Shown here: positions 47,501 through 61,992 of the stretch, piece by piece | Numbering within the stretch: position 1 is the first letter of the stretch | Layout: every line of letters starts with the position of its first letter | Assembly (NCBI GenBank): GCA_053919585.1 | Contig: CM132788.1 | Reading direction: 5' to 3' (one strand) | DNA length: 64,000 nt | From: Euprymna scolopes | Lineage: Eukaryota | Translations under genes and position numbers: made by a program | Notes under the pieces: generated by a model | Told to the model about the DNA's origin: nothing | Seen by the model: only the letters and a program-made list of their open reading frames with translations | Databases searched by the model: none

Positions 47501-50500
47501 GTTAAGAGAGCAGACATAATTCTCTAAGAATTTCATTCTGTATTCTTGCCAAGAAAAACCCAGTCTACGTTTTTTCTGAATGTTGAGAATTTGAGGAACC
47601 TTATTTTCTTTTTTTTTATTTTTTTTACCCATCACTAGAATAGAGTTCATTACTTGTAAAATGCCCTGTCAAAGTCATTTTAAAATGCTATGGTCGATTT
47701 CTGGTTTATTGAAAAATCTCTTTCTGGTTGATTGGACAATATCTTAAATTTCGAATTAGAGCGACGGTCATGGAAATCATGTTTATGAAATTATTTTTCA
47801 ATTCTTGAATTAGAGTTGCTAGCAAATTCGGCTGTGTTTTTCCGATTTCAGTGATTTGATTCTATGGGTGTGATTTTAATTTTCAAGCCTGGATATTTTT
47901 CAATTGCTCGCTCACTATATAAAACGTCTCTTTAGTTGAGTTTTCCAACCAATCAACTGCCTCCAACATTGACCACAGGAGTACAGGTTGTTCCTTACGA
48001 AGGTGGTCAACATTGCAGCGTAAATCACGTTGTTTCTATACTAAGTCTCTGAGCTTGTTCTACTGAGTCTTCTGCTTACCCTTCAACTGATGGCATAAGA
48101 CTCGTTTCACAGATCCTTCCCTCAGGAAGGAAAGGAAGTTTCTAAGTGCGCTCCGTGCGAACCTTCTTCTGTTTGAGGGTTTCATGCCATTGCCACAATC
48201 GGAAAATACAATGTAGGTTCTTGCTTATTTTGACAATTTTTTGCTCGACAATATTAAAATCGTAATAGCAAGACACATTAAAGCCATTTTAGTTGCAGTT
48301 TAATTTTTTAAGACATGAGCAGACATGATTCTGTAAGAATTTCATTGTGTCAACGCTAATAAAAACCAAGTACCCAGTTGTTGAGGATTGGGATTTGAGG
48401 AACAGGTCGACAGCACACATATCACCTGAATTTTAAAATTTTTCTGATGAGGTTTTCCAGAAAAAGAGAGGATTTATTTTCATTTTTTTTTTTTTAATAA
48501 TTAACCACTGTATCGAATTGTGTGACCATAATAATTAACCACTAGAATGGCATTCACTAAATGCAATACAGTATTTTGCACAAGGACGGCCGAATTACAG
48601 AGCGAAACTGAATATATATCTCTTTGTTCCTGTTCCAAGCAAATATATCACTTGGCTAACTAAATTTTTTACTGCTTGAAATTATTGTTTAAATTTTCTC
48701 TAATATGCACATTCAACTGGTTAGATTAGGCTTAATAAATTTTGGGACTTCGTTTTCTGGGAAGTTTCTAGTGTGATTTTATGTTCGTTTCGGCCCAGAT
48801 GAAATTGCAAAATGGTTTCGATTCCTTCAACACTTCCTTGCTATTTTCTTATTGTAAAATGTTAAGTACATCGCGTCACCCTTCTTCAGTGCGTTGGTGG
48901 AATCGTCTTTGCACACGGCCGGATGTTCTGTGATCGTCTAGAGATTTCGTCTTCGAAGTTACCACCCGGTTGACGGGAAGCAAGTAAAAAAAAAAATAAT
49001 AAAAAAAAGAAATCGAAGAATTTTGAATAAACAAAGATTCGGAGTTTGGCTGATCGCTGTAAACAGTAAAAGTGCGCTTAGAGCTTTTTTTTTTTTGTGC
49101 AGCTAAGTGGCGGCAAATGGGGACAAAAACGAGACCGTGGAAATCGCCAGTGAAAAATACTCGTTTCTATGGTTCGATTAAACTTCTAAGTGGATCTTTC
49201 TCTTGCTGAAAATCACAGGTCTATTAATTTAGTTAGTTTTTAGTTATCGAATTTAGTTATCGAAGTGTTGGACCACCTTTGGACAACCTGGAGTTAAACT
49301 TACATTAGTAACATGACTTCTAAAGTTCCTAATGGCTTAAATGCTTTTCAATGCTTTAAAAGTAACAGCTTATTTTGTCAATTTTTTGCTCGACACATCG
49401 AGTGTTAGCAATCGAGTGTTAGCAGAAATCTCGGAAGTATACACGAAAAAATCTGGACTGGCTCGTGACGATAAAAGTGGGCCCACCCCCACTAAAAGCC
49501 TAATTTCCCTTATCGCTGTAAACAAAGCTAAAGTGCGCTTGGCGATGGATTACTAGGAGCTTTTTTTTTTGTTTGTGCAGCTAAGCTACCGAGACACTAC
49601 GGACTGTGGAAATCGCTAGTGGTTCGGTTTGAATGATATTTATTTTGCTCTTGTCTTTATTGTATGACTTTGATGAATGCTGCAAAGATTCTGAGGATGC
49701 AGTACGGTGTCCCTCGCTTCATCATCAAACCACACCAAACCCGACAAGCTTCCACTACGGTTTACTGCACCCATTCTTGCACTCCAATCCCACTTGCGCT
49801 GTTAAAAAAATGTCATTCTGAATAAATTTTGGGAATTAAATAAATATATATAAAAATATATAATAAAAATGTAATATGAAACCAGGCCGTGCGTTGGCGG
49901 CGATCGTGTAGAAAACTTAACAAAACTTTCAAGCGAGCATTTGAAAATTGTACGCACAACTGTTTCATAAACTGTAAACTTGCTGTTATGATGAGAAAGT
50001 GAAGGACTGTCGAAATGGGTGCACGTCTCGGAAAACGCACAAGGCGCATAAGCGATTGGTGGAATATCCCATGTGCGCTGCAGTGTCGTTGTCGTTGACA
50101 TGAGCCGGTAGAAAAAATTTATATTCACATCGCATCGTGGCTACATAATTTAATCGACCACATTGTGGCTACAAAATCCAATCGAGTGAAGAATACACGA
50201 AGGATTTCAAACGACCTAATTTGTCTAATCGCTTGGTGCATAGGGTTAGCTGCACACACAATTTATTGTTTGTGCCGCAAATATGGGCAAAAAGGTCTAC
50301 TGGATTCAAACTCCATTAGATACTGTGGCCATTTAAACAGACAGGTGAAAAATATTCTGGGGTTCGGTTTAATGAGAGCGAAGTACTATCCCAGGAAGAA
50401 GCAGATGACATTTTTGTAACAGCGCAGGTGGGATTGGAGTGCAAGAATGGGTGCAGTGAACTACGATGGAAGCGAGGAAATGCAATTCCAGATAATGAAC

Positions 50501-53500
50501 AATGTCGACTTGTCGATCAAGATGATGAACAATGTCTTGTCCGGACATGTCAGGTTTCGTGTGGAGTAACAAAGGGCTGGGATGATGAATCTTTGCAAAG
50601 TAACACATTAAAGCCGAATCATACAATCAAACCGAACCATAGAGTAGTTTTCACTTGTGATTTCCAGTCTGATATGGCTACAGTGTTTCGTTTTTGTCCT
50701 TTTTTTGCCGCCGCTTAGCTGCACAAACAAAAAAAAAAAAGCTTCTTTCTTTGGCTTTGTTTAGGAAAATTTTGCGGGGGTGGTTTTTCTTCACGGATTT
50801 CTGCGTATATTCTTTAGGGATTTTTGCTAACACTCGATTTGATTGTCTAGCCACAATGCGGTCGAAATTCGGTTTTGATGACCACGCACTTCCTAATGTA
50901 ACTTTTTAAAGTTAAAATGGCAAATATTGGTGGAATATACAATGTGCAGCGCACCAATCGTTTGACCATTCATGTTTGTTTTTCTCCAAGATCGGCACCG
51001 TCAAACATGAATTCCTGAGGCTTGAGTTCGCGTACAACCGAATATTTTCATTTTCTCGCTTGCAAGAGAAACACCTATTTTAGTTTTAAACGACCAAATG
51101 AACTAAATATACTGGGGTCACAATTTATTCATTTAATTAAAAAAAGGGGTCACAATTTATTCATTTAATTACCAAAAACTCTTGCGCCTTGTACAACCGC
51201 ATTTTAACAACAGAGAAACACTTTTGCTACTTAGGGGCAGCCGTGGAACACCTTTGCAACTAGGAACAGCCTTCTTGTTTATTTTGTCAATTTTTTTGCT
51301 CATCATAGCATTTAAGCCATTTTTTTGCTCGTCATAGCATTTAAGCCATTTTAGTAGCAGTTTAACATACATAATTAACAGACATAATTCTGTAAGAATT
51401 TCATTCTGTAAGAATTTTTTTACAAAGAAAAACCCAGTACCCAGTCTACGTTGTTGCTTTTCTGTATAACCTCCATGACGAACCTCATCAGAAAAAAGAA
51501 AAAAGGATTTGACGAACCTCATCATAAAAAAGAAAAAGAGAGGATTTATTATTTTTTTTTTCCTTTTTCGTAACCATCAACCATCAGTTGTAAAATGCCC
51601 TGGCAAAGTCCCTTTATGGTCTATTTCTGGTTGATTGAAAAATCTCTTTTTGGTTGATTGGACAATATCTTAAATTTCGAATTAGAGCGAAGGTCATGGG
51701 AATCGAAATAATCGTAGTAAAGGTTTTTATGAAATTATTTTTCAATTCTTGAATTAGATTTGCTAGCATATTCAGCTGTGTTTTTCCGATTTCAGTGATG
51801 TGATTGAATGAAACCAAACTAAACTAAACTAAACTAATTTTAATTTTCAAGCAGGTAAACCTGGATATTTTTCATTTTGTCAATTGCTCGCTCACGATAT
51901 AAACGTCTCTTTAGTTTAGTTTAGTTTTCCAAACCAATCAACTGCCTGCAACATGCAGACCGGTGACAGGAGTTGCTTACGAAGGTGGTCCACATTGCAG
52001 CGTCTGTAAATCGTAAATCACGTAAAGAGCTTGTTGTACTGAGTCCTCTGCTTGCCGTTCAAGCGTAAGACTCGTGTCACAGATTCTTCCTCCAGGAAGG
52101 GAAGTTTCTACGTTCGCTCCGTGCGAACCTTCTGAGGGTTTCACGCAATTGTTACAATTGGAAAGTACAATGGAACAGTCGTAGGTTCTTGCTCGACATC
52201 GCTTGAAATCGTAATTTTTTGCTTGAAATCGTAATAGCAAAACACATTTAAGCCATTTTAGTTGCAGTTTAATTTTTTAAACTAGGAGAGCAGACAATTC
52301 TATAAGAATTTCATTGTGTGAACGCTAATAAAGTTAACGTTGTTATTTTTCTGGAGGTATTTGGGATTTGAGGAACAGGTCGAGCTCTGTCTGTATTGTA
52401 TGACTTGTTGACTTCTATCAACTGAATTTTAAAATATTTCTGATGAAAAAGAGAGGATTTATTTTAATTTTTTTTTTTTGTAATTAACCACTGTATCGAA
52501 TTTTGTTACTATAATAATTATCGACTAGTATGGCCTTCACTAAATGCAATACAGTATTTTGCACAAAGGACGGCCGAAATCAGTTCCTAGCAAACATTAC
52601 ATTACTAAATGCTTGAAATTATTGTAAGATAATTGCTGTTTTCTCTAATCTCTCTCGAAGAAAGATGAAACGAAAGATATTCACCTTGCTTTGCACATTC
52701 AACTGGTGAAAACACCAGATTAGTGTTAATAAATTTTAGGACTTCGTTTTTTGGAAAGTTTCTAGTGTGTTTCGGCCCAGATGACATTGCAAATGGTTTC
52801 CAACACTTCCTTGCTATTTTCTTATTGGTACCCTTTTTCAGTGCGTTGGTTGAATCGCCGTTGCTGCAATGTCCACACGGCCGGATCTTCTGTGATCGTC
52901 CAGAGATTTCGTCTTCGAAACAGTTTCACAAGTAAAAACAAATAATAATAATAATAATCACATCAGCAAATCGAAGAATTTTGAATAAACACAGACTCCG
53001 GAGATGATATTTATTCATATCATCATAAAAGAAATATCGCTGATCGCTGTAAACAAAGCCAAAGTGCGCTTAGTGATTGATTACGGCTGCAAATGGGGAC
53101 AAAAACCAGACACTGTGGAAATCGAAAGTGAAAAATACTCTATGGTTCGGTTTGAATGATATTTATGTGTAGCACCTTGCTCTGTCTGTATTGTATGACT
53201 GAATCCGTACAAGCCACACGAAACTGACAAGTCGACAAGACACTGTTCATCATCTTGCATTTCCTCGCTTCCACCGTTGTTCACTGCACCCATGCTTGCA
53301 CTCCAATCCCACCTGCGCTGTTACAAAAATGTCATATGCGCGGCTTACTTCGCTCTCATTATCAGGGGAGTCACATATAAAATAATTTTTACTGTCGACT
53401 TCCACAGTTTTTGTCCCCTTTTGCACAAACAATTTAGCACCAAGCGCACTTTGGCTTTTTAAACAGCGATCAAATTTATTCTGTGGGTACGTCATGAGCC

Positions 53501-56500
53501 AACCGTTATCTATCAAGGTGCGGAGCTCCTGTGTGTATTATTTACGGATTTTTGCTAACACTCGATTGGATTGTGTAGACATGATGCGGTCGACGTTCCG
53601 TTTGATGGTCAAAGGTGAAATGGATGTGAATTTAATATTTTTTCTGCAGCCAGGCTCGACAACGACAACGACACTGCAACGCGAATGGGATATTCCACCA
53701 ATCGTTTGTTTGTTTTTCTCAAAGATCGCATGTAAAATCGTCCTCGAGCAAACATCACGTCCCTTCAAACATGGATTCCTTTCACTGGGAGCATTGAGTT
53801 CTCATTTTGGTGGACGCTTAGGCGCCTTGTGCGTTTCCCGAGACGTTCTGAGCCCAATGTACTGGTGCAGTGAGGGTCACTGCACCAGTAACACCGTGTT
53901 CCGTGTTTTCGACAGTCGTTCACTCTCATCATCACAGCAAAAGAAACTCCTTCGATGCTGATTGTACAATACATCGAAGATTTTATGTAAAAGTTGTGCA
54001 ATTGTACATTTTCAAGCAGAATTTCGAATATTTTTATTTTTCAAGAAAAACACTTATTTAGTTTTGTTAAGTTTTCTAAACGACCAAATTAATGAACTGA
54101 ATATACGAAAATCATTAGACTGCTGCAAAAGATACAGCTGCATACTTCTCATACTTGTTTTTAGAAGTATGCGGCTAATAACTGTATGCACTAATAACTT
54201 TCCTGTGCCTAAACACTAATAACTTTCCTTACGCAACACTTTGGCAACATTTTGGCTCATTTTGTCAATTTTTTCCTCGACGCCAAACAAATTTAAGGCA
54301 GTTTACTCTGAAGTTTAACTTTTTGAACGAATTGAAACATAATTAAGAATTTCTTTATGGAACATTGTTTTAGCTTCCGAATCACACTCAGAAGCTAAAA
54401 CGATGTACATATTTTGTGCCAACAAATCACTGAAATAAAGCGAATCTCTTTAGGAAAAAAGATAGGAAATATTCAGTTTCGCCTCGAGGGATTTCTTGAC
54501 GAAGAAGGAGACAAAAACAAAAACAAAATATACAAACACAATCAAACTGTTGTGTTACATTAGGAACTTTATGTTACATTAGAAGTCATGTTTAACAACA
54601 GGTTGTCCAGAGGTGGTCCAAGACCCACTGATTTCGGTAACCTTGCCCGATAGCGAAAAACTAACTCAATTAATAAATCTGTGAATTCCAGCAGCTGGGA
54701 GTAAATTTTCCAGCGAGAAAAAAATATAGTTTGCCAAGCATGTTTGTGTAGAAAAATGTAGGCTCAGGAACAAAGAGATATAGTTTCGCCCTGTAATTTC
54801 GGCCGTCCTGGTGCAAAATAATTAATTAAGAATTCAAGTGATACGTTATTTCATCTATTACTGCCATGGGTAATTATTATGGTTTGTGAAAAAAAAATGA
54901 AAATAAATCCTCTCTTTTTCCCTGCTGGAAAACCTCATTAGAAAAATTAAAATATTCAGGTGATACGTTATCTCTGTCAACAAGTGTCCTTTAAGTCGGT
55001 CGACCTGTTCCTCAAATCTCAATCCTCAACATGAAATACCCGAAGAAAAAAAACAATATAGACGTACTGGTTTTTTATTATTTTATTTATTCTTACAGAA
55101 TAGTCATCTCCTATTGTTCAGGTCTGTGTCTTCCTATTTTAAAAAGTCAAACTGCAACTAAAATGACTTAAAAAAGTTAAACTGCAACTAAAATAGCTGA
55201 CGATTATCATTAGACTTTCCACACGGAGCGAACTAAGAAACTTCCCTTGTGAAGAAGCAGAAGACAAGCTCAGACACTTGCTGTTGCAACGCTCAATTTC
55301 CTGTGGTCAATGTTGGAGGCAGTTGATTGGTTTGGAAAACTAAACTAAACAGATGTTTATATCGTGAGCGAGCAATTGACAAAATGAAAGAAGTTTTACT
55401 TGTTTGAAAATTGTACTCGCGATAAAACATCTCTTTAGTTTAGTTTAGTTTAGTTTTCAAAACCACTGTTGTCCTTTGGACACTGAAATCCGAAAAACCT
55501 AGCCGAATCACACTTTGCCAAGAATTGTAAAAATTTGCTAGCTACTCAAGAATTGTAAAAATTTCATAAACATTACGACTATTTCGATTCCCATGACTGT
55601 CGCTCTAATTCAAAATTTAAGATATTTTCCAATCAACCAGAAAGATATTTTTAAATCATTTAGAAATGGACCAATCAATTTTAAAGGGCAAATCAACTCT
55701 AATGAACTCTGGACTATTTCTACTGGGTACTGAGTTTTATTGACTTGACACAATGAAATTCTTACAGAATCAGTTTAACTTTTTAAACCATGTTACATTA
55801 GGAAGTTAATTCCATGGTTTAAAAAATTAAACTGCAACTTAAATGGCTTGAATTCTATGACGATTTGAACATTTGATTTGAGCAAAAAATTTACAAAATA
55901 AGCAAGATATTCGTCTTGCTTTGCATTTGCATTTAGTTGCGTTTGAGAAACAAATAAATAAATTGTGAACCCTTTTTTGAGAAGTATGCGGCTGTATTTC
56001 TTATGATTTTCATATAGTTATGAACTATATGATTTGGTCGTTTAAAAAACTTAACAAAACTAAATAGGTATTTTTCTTGAAAATATTCGGTTGTACCTGC
56101 TTGAAAATTGTTTGCACAACTGTTTTATAAAATCTACGGTGTACTGCTGTATGTAAGCTATACAGCTTACATACAGCTGATTGTAAGCTTGCTGTGTGTG
56201 TGTGATGGACTGTCGAAAACGTAGTTACTGGTGCACGTCTTCGGGAAACGCGCTACCAAGATGCGAACTCCTAGTGAATGGAATGCATGTTTGACGGTGC
56301 CGAAAAACAAACGATTGCGCGCTGCAGTGTCGTTGTCGTTGTCGAGCCTACAGGATCAGTCTGGCCTGGTGGCAGAAAGAATATTTATCTAACCGCCACC
56401 TTTGACGAACGTTGACCGCATCGTGGATTATCTAATCCACGATGCGGTCAACGTTCGTCAAAGGTGGCGTCAAAGTAATCGAGTGAAGAATTCGTGAAGA

Positions 56501-58460
56501 ATACACGTAGGAGCTCCGCACCTGGTTACCCAGAGAATAAATTTCCAACGGCCCTGATCGCTGTTAACCAAAGTGGTAGCTAAGCTGCGGCAAATGGGGA
56601 CAAAAAGGTCTACTGTGGACACCACAATTCCACGAGATACAAGCGATTGGAGTGCAAGAACTGTGTATGGGTGCAGTGAACTTCGGTGGAGGCAAGGAAA
56701 TGCAATTCCAGATGATTAACAATGTGTTGTCGACTTGTCGGAGAAGATGATGAACAAAAACCCAGTAGAAGGTACGTCTACATTGTTATTTTTCTTGAGG
56801 TATTTCATATTTGATTTGAGGAACTTGGACAGACTTGTGAGACACAGAGAGGGAGATAACGTATCACTTGAATTTTTAAATTTTTCTGATGAGAGGATTT
56901 ATTTTCATTTTTTGTGACAGTGGGTAAATTACCCACTGTCACAAAAAATGGTCATTATGGCATTAATAGTTCACTAAATGCAATACAGTATTTTGCACTA
57001 GGACGGCCGAAACTGAATATATATCGCTTTTTTTCTGAGACACTACATTTTTCTACACATGCTTGGCCAACTACATTTTTTTTCTCGCGATAGATTAGGT
57101 TTTCCGTGCTTGACAAAATTGTCAAGCACGGAAAACCTAATCTCCCAACTTGCTGATTGCGAGATGAATCAAGAAAGATATTCGTCTTGTTTTGCATGTA
57201 AAGCAAAACGAATATCTTTTCTTTCTTGTTTTTGAAGAGAATATCTTTCAACATTCATTCTGTTTTTGAACAGAAGTTACCTTTCCGACATATCTGATAT
57301 TCTGAAAAGAAATTGATATTGCTTCAGGTGTTAATAAATTTTGGAACTTCGTTTTTGGGAAGTTTCTAGCGTGATTTTATGTTCATTTCGGCTCAGATGA
57401 AATTGCAAAATGGTTTCGATTCCTTCCTTGTATTTTCTTATTGTAAAGACGTGTCGCGTCACCCTTTGGAATCGTATTTGCTGAAATGATAACACGGTAG
57501 GATCTTCTGTGATCACAAAAAAAAAAATTAAAAAAAATAATAATGAAAACAGCGCATCAGCAAATTGAAGAATTTTGAATAAACAAAGACTCCGGAGATG
57601 GGGTTGTATGAAAACATTTTATGCAACAGAGAAACACTTTTGCAGCCGTGGATTCTTGCTTATTTTGTCAATTTTTTTTGCTCAGTACATCGTCATAGCA
57701 TTTAAGCCATTTTAGTTGCAGTTTAACTTTTTAAGCAATGTTCATAAGTTAAGAGAGCAGACATAATTCTGTAAGAATTTCATTCTGTAAGAATTTTTTT
57801 CAAGCCTGGATAAAATATATTTTGTCAATTGCTCGCTCACGATATAAACGTCTATTTAGTTTAGTTTAGTTTTCCAACCCAATCAACTGCCTCCAACATT
57901 GACTACAGGAGTACAGGAGTTCCTTACGAAGGTGGTCAACATTGCAGTTGTTGCTACACCAAGTCCCTGAACTTGTTACAACAAGCTCAGAGACTTCTTG
58001 CCCACTTGAAGACTCGTATACAGATCCTTCCTCCAGGAAGGGAAGTTTCTAAGTTCGCACCGTGCGAACCTTCTTCTGTTTGATGCTGGAGAGGGTTTCA
58101 TGCAATTGCCACAATTGGAAAGTACAATGGAACAGCCGTAGGTTCTTGCTTATTTTGTCAATTTTTTGCTCGACACATGATATTAAAATCGTAATAGCAT
58201 TTAGCCATTTTAGTTCTGTAAGAATTAATAAAAACCCAGTACCCAGTAGAAGGTACGTTTACGTCGTTATTTTTCTGGAGGTATTTCATGTTGAGGATTG
58301 GGATTTGAGGGTCGACAGTGGTAATGACAGTGTCAGAGCATGACACTTGTTGACTTCTACAGAGAAGGAGATAACATATCACCTGAATTTTAAAATTTTT
58401 CTGATGAGGTTTTATTTTCATTTTTTTTTTTTTTTTAATAAATACCACTGTATCACCACT
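35545..58460. repeat. Scrambled array of about 10 eroded copies of a third Gypsy-like element plus LTR and LINE-leader fragments, in both orientations
   Basis: Recurrent modules translating to VKDCRK, QTIGGISH, NKAKVRLVMD, G(F/Y)GLNVAP, DDIFV, LRWKRGNAIPD, LVGHFPVC, KGWDDE. The module GGGATATTCCACCAATCGTTT occurs near 36160(+), 37870(+), 40950(-), 42300(-), 45950(-), 46880(+), 50060(-), 53690(+). Confidence 0.75.
37927..39068 (+). mobile_element. Solo LTR (1142 bp) related to the element B LTR
   Basis: TGTAACACCAAAGAG...CCACCA with 4-bp TSD GCGC (37923-37926 and 39069-39072). The flanks rejoin into the array module CCAAGATCGGCGCCGTCC. Confidence 0.88.
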
Positions 58461-59199
58461 AGTATCACACACACATATCGTACCAGGAAAGCCAATCTCA
58501 CTACAAGAGACTGGCTCAGACTCACAGAGTCTTACGAGGCTTACGAGGCTTATGAATCAGAGGCTTACGAGGCTTATGAATCGAGGCTTACAAAGATTTG
58601 TAAGCGGACTTTAACAGTTTGGTTTCCTGCCATCCACTATTATCGAGTTATTGAATTTGGACCATTATCACTAGAACGCGGACTGGGGAGATTGTTTCGA
58701 CGTCTGTTTGCCATCACGTCAATGAACTCCTTATATTTGCTGTCAAACAAACTAGCGTCTGGATGAAATGATACTGAAATTCAGACTCATGCATATCTCA
58801 AGAGTGGTTTGACAAATGGTGACATATCTCAAGAGTGATTTGACAAATTATTGAGCTATTGCGCTCCAATGCAAGTACAAAAGTACTCACCAATATGATT
58901 CGCGACTTGCAGATGATTTTGATCTGGTGGATGCCTTTGCGCTAGTCAAAAAAAAAAAACTATCTTGTATACAACAAGCTTTTTATGACAAGCTTTTAAT
59001 AAAAACCATTAATAAAAATCTGTTATAAAAGTATGATTCAACTTAGTTAAAACTTCCGGTTCAGTTGAATCGCAAGAGGATCACATAAACATTGTATTCC
59101 TATTCGACTACCTTTCCCAATTGATATAAAAAGAATTTAACCATGGTCTCCTTGCATCATCAACTTGCGACTTCAACAGATTGTGTTTTCACAGCATGA

Positions 59200-60062
59200 T
59201 AAAATTGAAATTAAGAAAAGAAGCCGTTCAACGCCTGATATATTCGTAGATATATGAATGAAAATGAAAGATAGAACTGAAAAGCATGAGAAGCACGTTG
59301 ACAATCAATTTTGGGGGCCATAAATATTAAAGAAAAACTTGCAAAAAAGGCAGACTTTATATCAATCATCATGAATGTTAAGAAGAACCGTGAAATGTTA
59401 TCTAAAATTGTATTTGTGGGAACTTTGAAACTTCCTTACGAGGACATGATGAAAAAGATGATTCAGAAAATCCAAGTAAATCCAATTTTATTCAATCTGT
59501 AAAGTTTAAAAGAAATATATTTGTATATATTTTTTTACTCTAATTACAATGTTTTTGCGTATTCTGTTTTTGACAATCCTCAATTGTAATTTTGTTTTTG
59601 ACAATCTTCAATTGTAATGGCAAAGTTAAAAATATTCGTATTAAAAAAAAGCAATTTTAATGACAAGCTTATTTTGTTATACGCCTATTTATAAATAAAA
59701 CCGTTGTTAAACTATAGAGGATTTTTAAATTTTGCATCTTAATATCCAGATTTTAAGAATCACTTAATCTTCAAAGGTGTTTCTAAGACTATTCTTCTGA
59801 ATACATACTTGACTGTCTTTTACAAATATACCGCATGGCTGATGATACAACAGGTGATCATTGTACATCTTGGATGAAAAAATACTTGAACGTATTTATT
59901 CCAGAAAACCAAACCGCGGATGGGATATCAAAATGTATTCTACAACAATTAGAATTCAAGAGAATCGCCAAAAACTGGTAGCTCAGACATTTGATGATGC
60001 AAATGTCATGAAAGGCAAAAAAGCTGGTGCTCAGGCGAAAATAAAAGCAGTTTATAGCAATG
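59200..60062 (+). pseudogene. hAT-superfamily (ZMYM1/DUF4371-like) transposase remnant
   Basis: Fragments NVKKNREMLSKI, LRGHDEKDDSENP, FKGVSKTI, MADDTT, KLVAQTFDDANVMKGKKAGAQAKIKAVY in shifting frames. Confidence 0.75.
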
Positions 60063-60069
60063 GGCCACC

Positions 60070-60420
60070 ACTGATCCTTCTGAAAGAAGAATCCAGGTTG
60101 TCCTTGATTGTCCAACATGTGGGTGTACCTCAGGGATCGATAAACTTACCTGATAAAATTGTCTCTAAGACAACGCCACACTATAGATAGCAGGCATGTG
60201 GGGAAAATTAATGAGCACAAGACTTGGAATGGGGTCAAAACGGTGCCAAGACACCAACCACCAAAGATACATTACCTGAAAGTACTTCCTTCAAATTCCT
60301 CAGTTTAACGTTCACAGAGAACATGAGTTGGAATAGATACATCGAGATAAGTAACTTTCTAGCACGGCAGTCTTGGCAATGGCCAAGACTGCCGTGGATT
60401 CCTCATCAAACTGTAGACGA
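60070..60420 (+). pseudogene. LINE RT remnant
   Basis: VGVPQGS and KFLSLTFTENMSWNRYIE. Confidence 0.55.
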
Positions 60421-60499
60421 TCAGGACCAAACTGGATGAGCAGAATAACTGTTGAACTTTTTTTGGGTGTTCCGGGATCGGAAAGGCTTAAAACGAACT

Positions 60500-61637
60500 C
60501 ATATACTGGTATACCTCTCTAAAGTGGTGCTCGTTGTTTTATAATAGTATAAACAGACAGAATGGTTAATTGTTGGTATAAACCCTCCAAGAAATTCCAG
60601 CAAAAGCTTAATAGCCAGCTGTGGTTCATGCCAGAATGTGCCGCTGCCAATATGCGAGTAACCATTTCCACTGCTTTCAGAGAAATAGGTGTACTGTAAA
60701 AAAGTAATAAAGAATGCAACGTCAAGTCAAAGTAGCTGAGCAACGGCTTGGTTCTGATAAATTTTGGTGAATGACAAACTGGGTCCTGATTCGAAGCATG
60801 TCCTCTATCCCCAACCATCATCAATGGACCTGAGATAATTTCATCAGTAACACTTTTTTCCAAGAACTCGTATGGCCGCCTACATACTGTGTCTGAAACC
60901 AAACCGACTATGCGACCAAACCTGTGCGCGATGTTGGCAAGATTATCAAAGTGTTCAAAAAGCTTCAACTGTTTAAACGTTGTCTTATGCTTTCAATGTT
61001 TGAAAACTTCATATGGAGCACCGTATTTAAAAATTCCAGATTGGTCATCTTGCCATTTCCTTGCTGGAATCTGTGATAGAATCACCTCAGCAAAATTATT
61101 ATTAATGACATGCAATGTTCCATACATTACAGGTGATGAAATATCTCACAGGATTAGTGAAGGGCTCTTTTGATAAGGTGTGGCAAGATACTTCACAAGA
61201 TCTCCAGCTATGTCCTCTTTTCTCTGGCCACAACTGAATGGCTCCCGTTTTGATGAAGCATCTGAAATGGAACACATCCATCAAATTTATTGTCAAGATA
61301 ACTGGAAAATGATTGGATCATTCTACTGGTATCTCACTACTGATGAAATTCTCTACTCTATAAGGCATGTACTATCTATCTAATTTCGAAACCTAGTAGA
61401 CGATGCCCTTTTCTTTTCCCTGCAGAAAAGACGTTACAATAGCTAATAAGTGTTCGTTTGCCAAACTTTAACAAAAACAATCACAAATTTCCCCACTCTC
61501 GCAGATTCCATGAATCTTTCCAAGGACTGTCTGCATTCCCAACCGATTACAAGTCCTTCAAGTCCAGTGTAAACAAGTTTTTGCTAAATAATCCAAATTG
61601 TATTAATTAACCCTTATCCTTCAGCGCTTTGTATAAA
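60500..61637 (+). pseudogene. Internally collapsed copy of the CR1/L2-type LINE
   Basis: Colinear pieces of ORF2 (TEWLIVGI, PECAAA, NHFHCF, PTIINGPEIISS, FDKVW, MIGSFY) and 3' tail CCCTTATCC, separated by many deletions. Confidence 0.8.
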
Positions 61638-61992
61638 AGCAAGAAATTCCAAGAAATTCCAGCAAAATTGTTGGTATAAACCTTCCAAGAAATTCCAGCA
61701 AAATTGTTGGTATAAAACTTCCAAAAAATTCCAGCAAAAAAAAAGAAAAAGAAAATTAAGCGATCCGACTCTTTTTATATATATATATATAAGAATATTA
61801 TATAAGAATAGCAAAAAAAAAAAAGAAAATGAAACTAAATAGAGTTTTTGTGACAATTATTTTATTCTTAGAAATGAGCTTGTATAGAACATAAAAATAA
61901 ATGATTTAGAAGTTGCAATGCAGATTTTGACCATTAAATGGAAAAATATTTAAAATTATTCCAAAGGTGTTCCGGGATCGGAAAGGCTTAAA

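Noticed and set aside
35546-58766. Many 60-170 aa ORFs as host genes
   Set aside because: Chimeric frames of eroded retroelement modules; no coherent exon structure.
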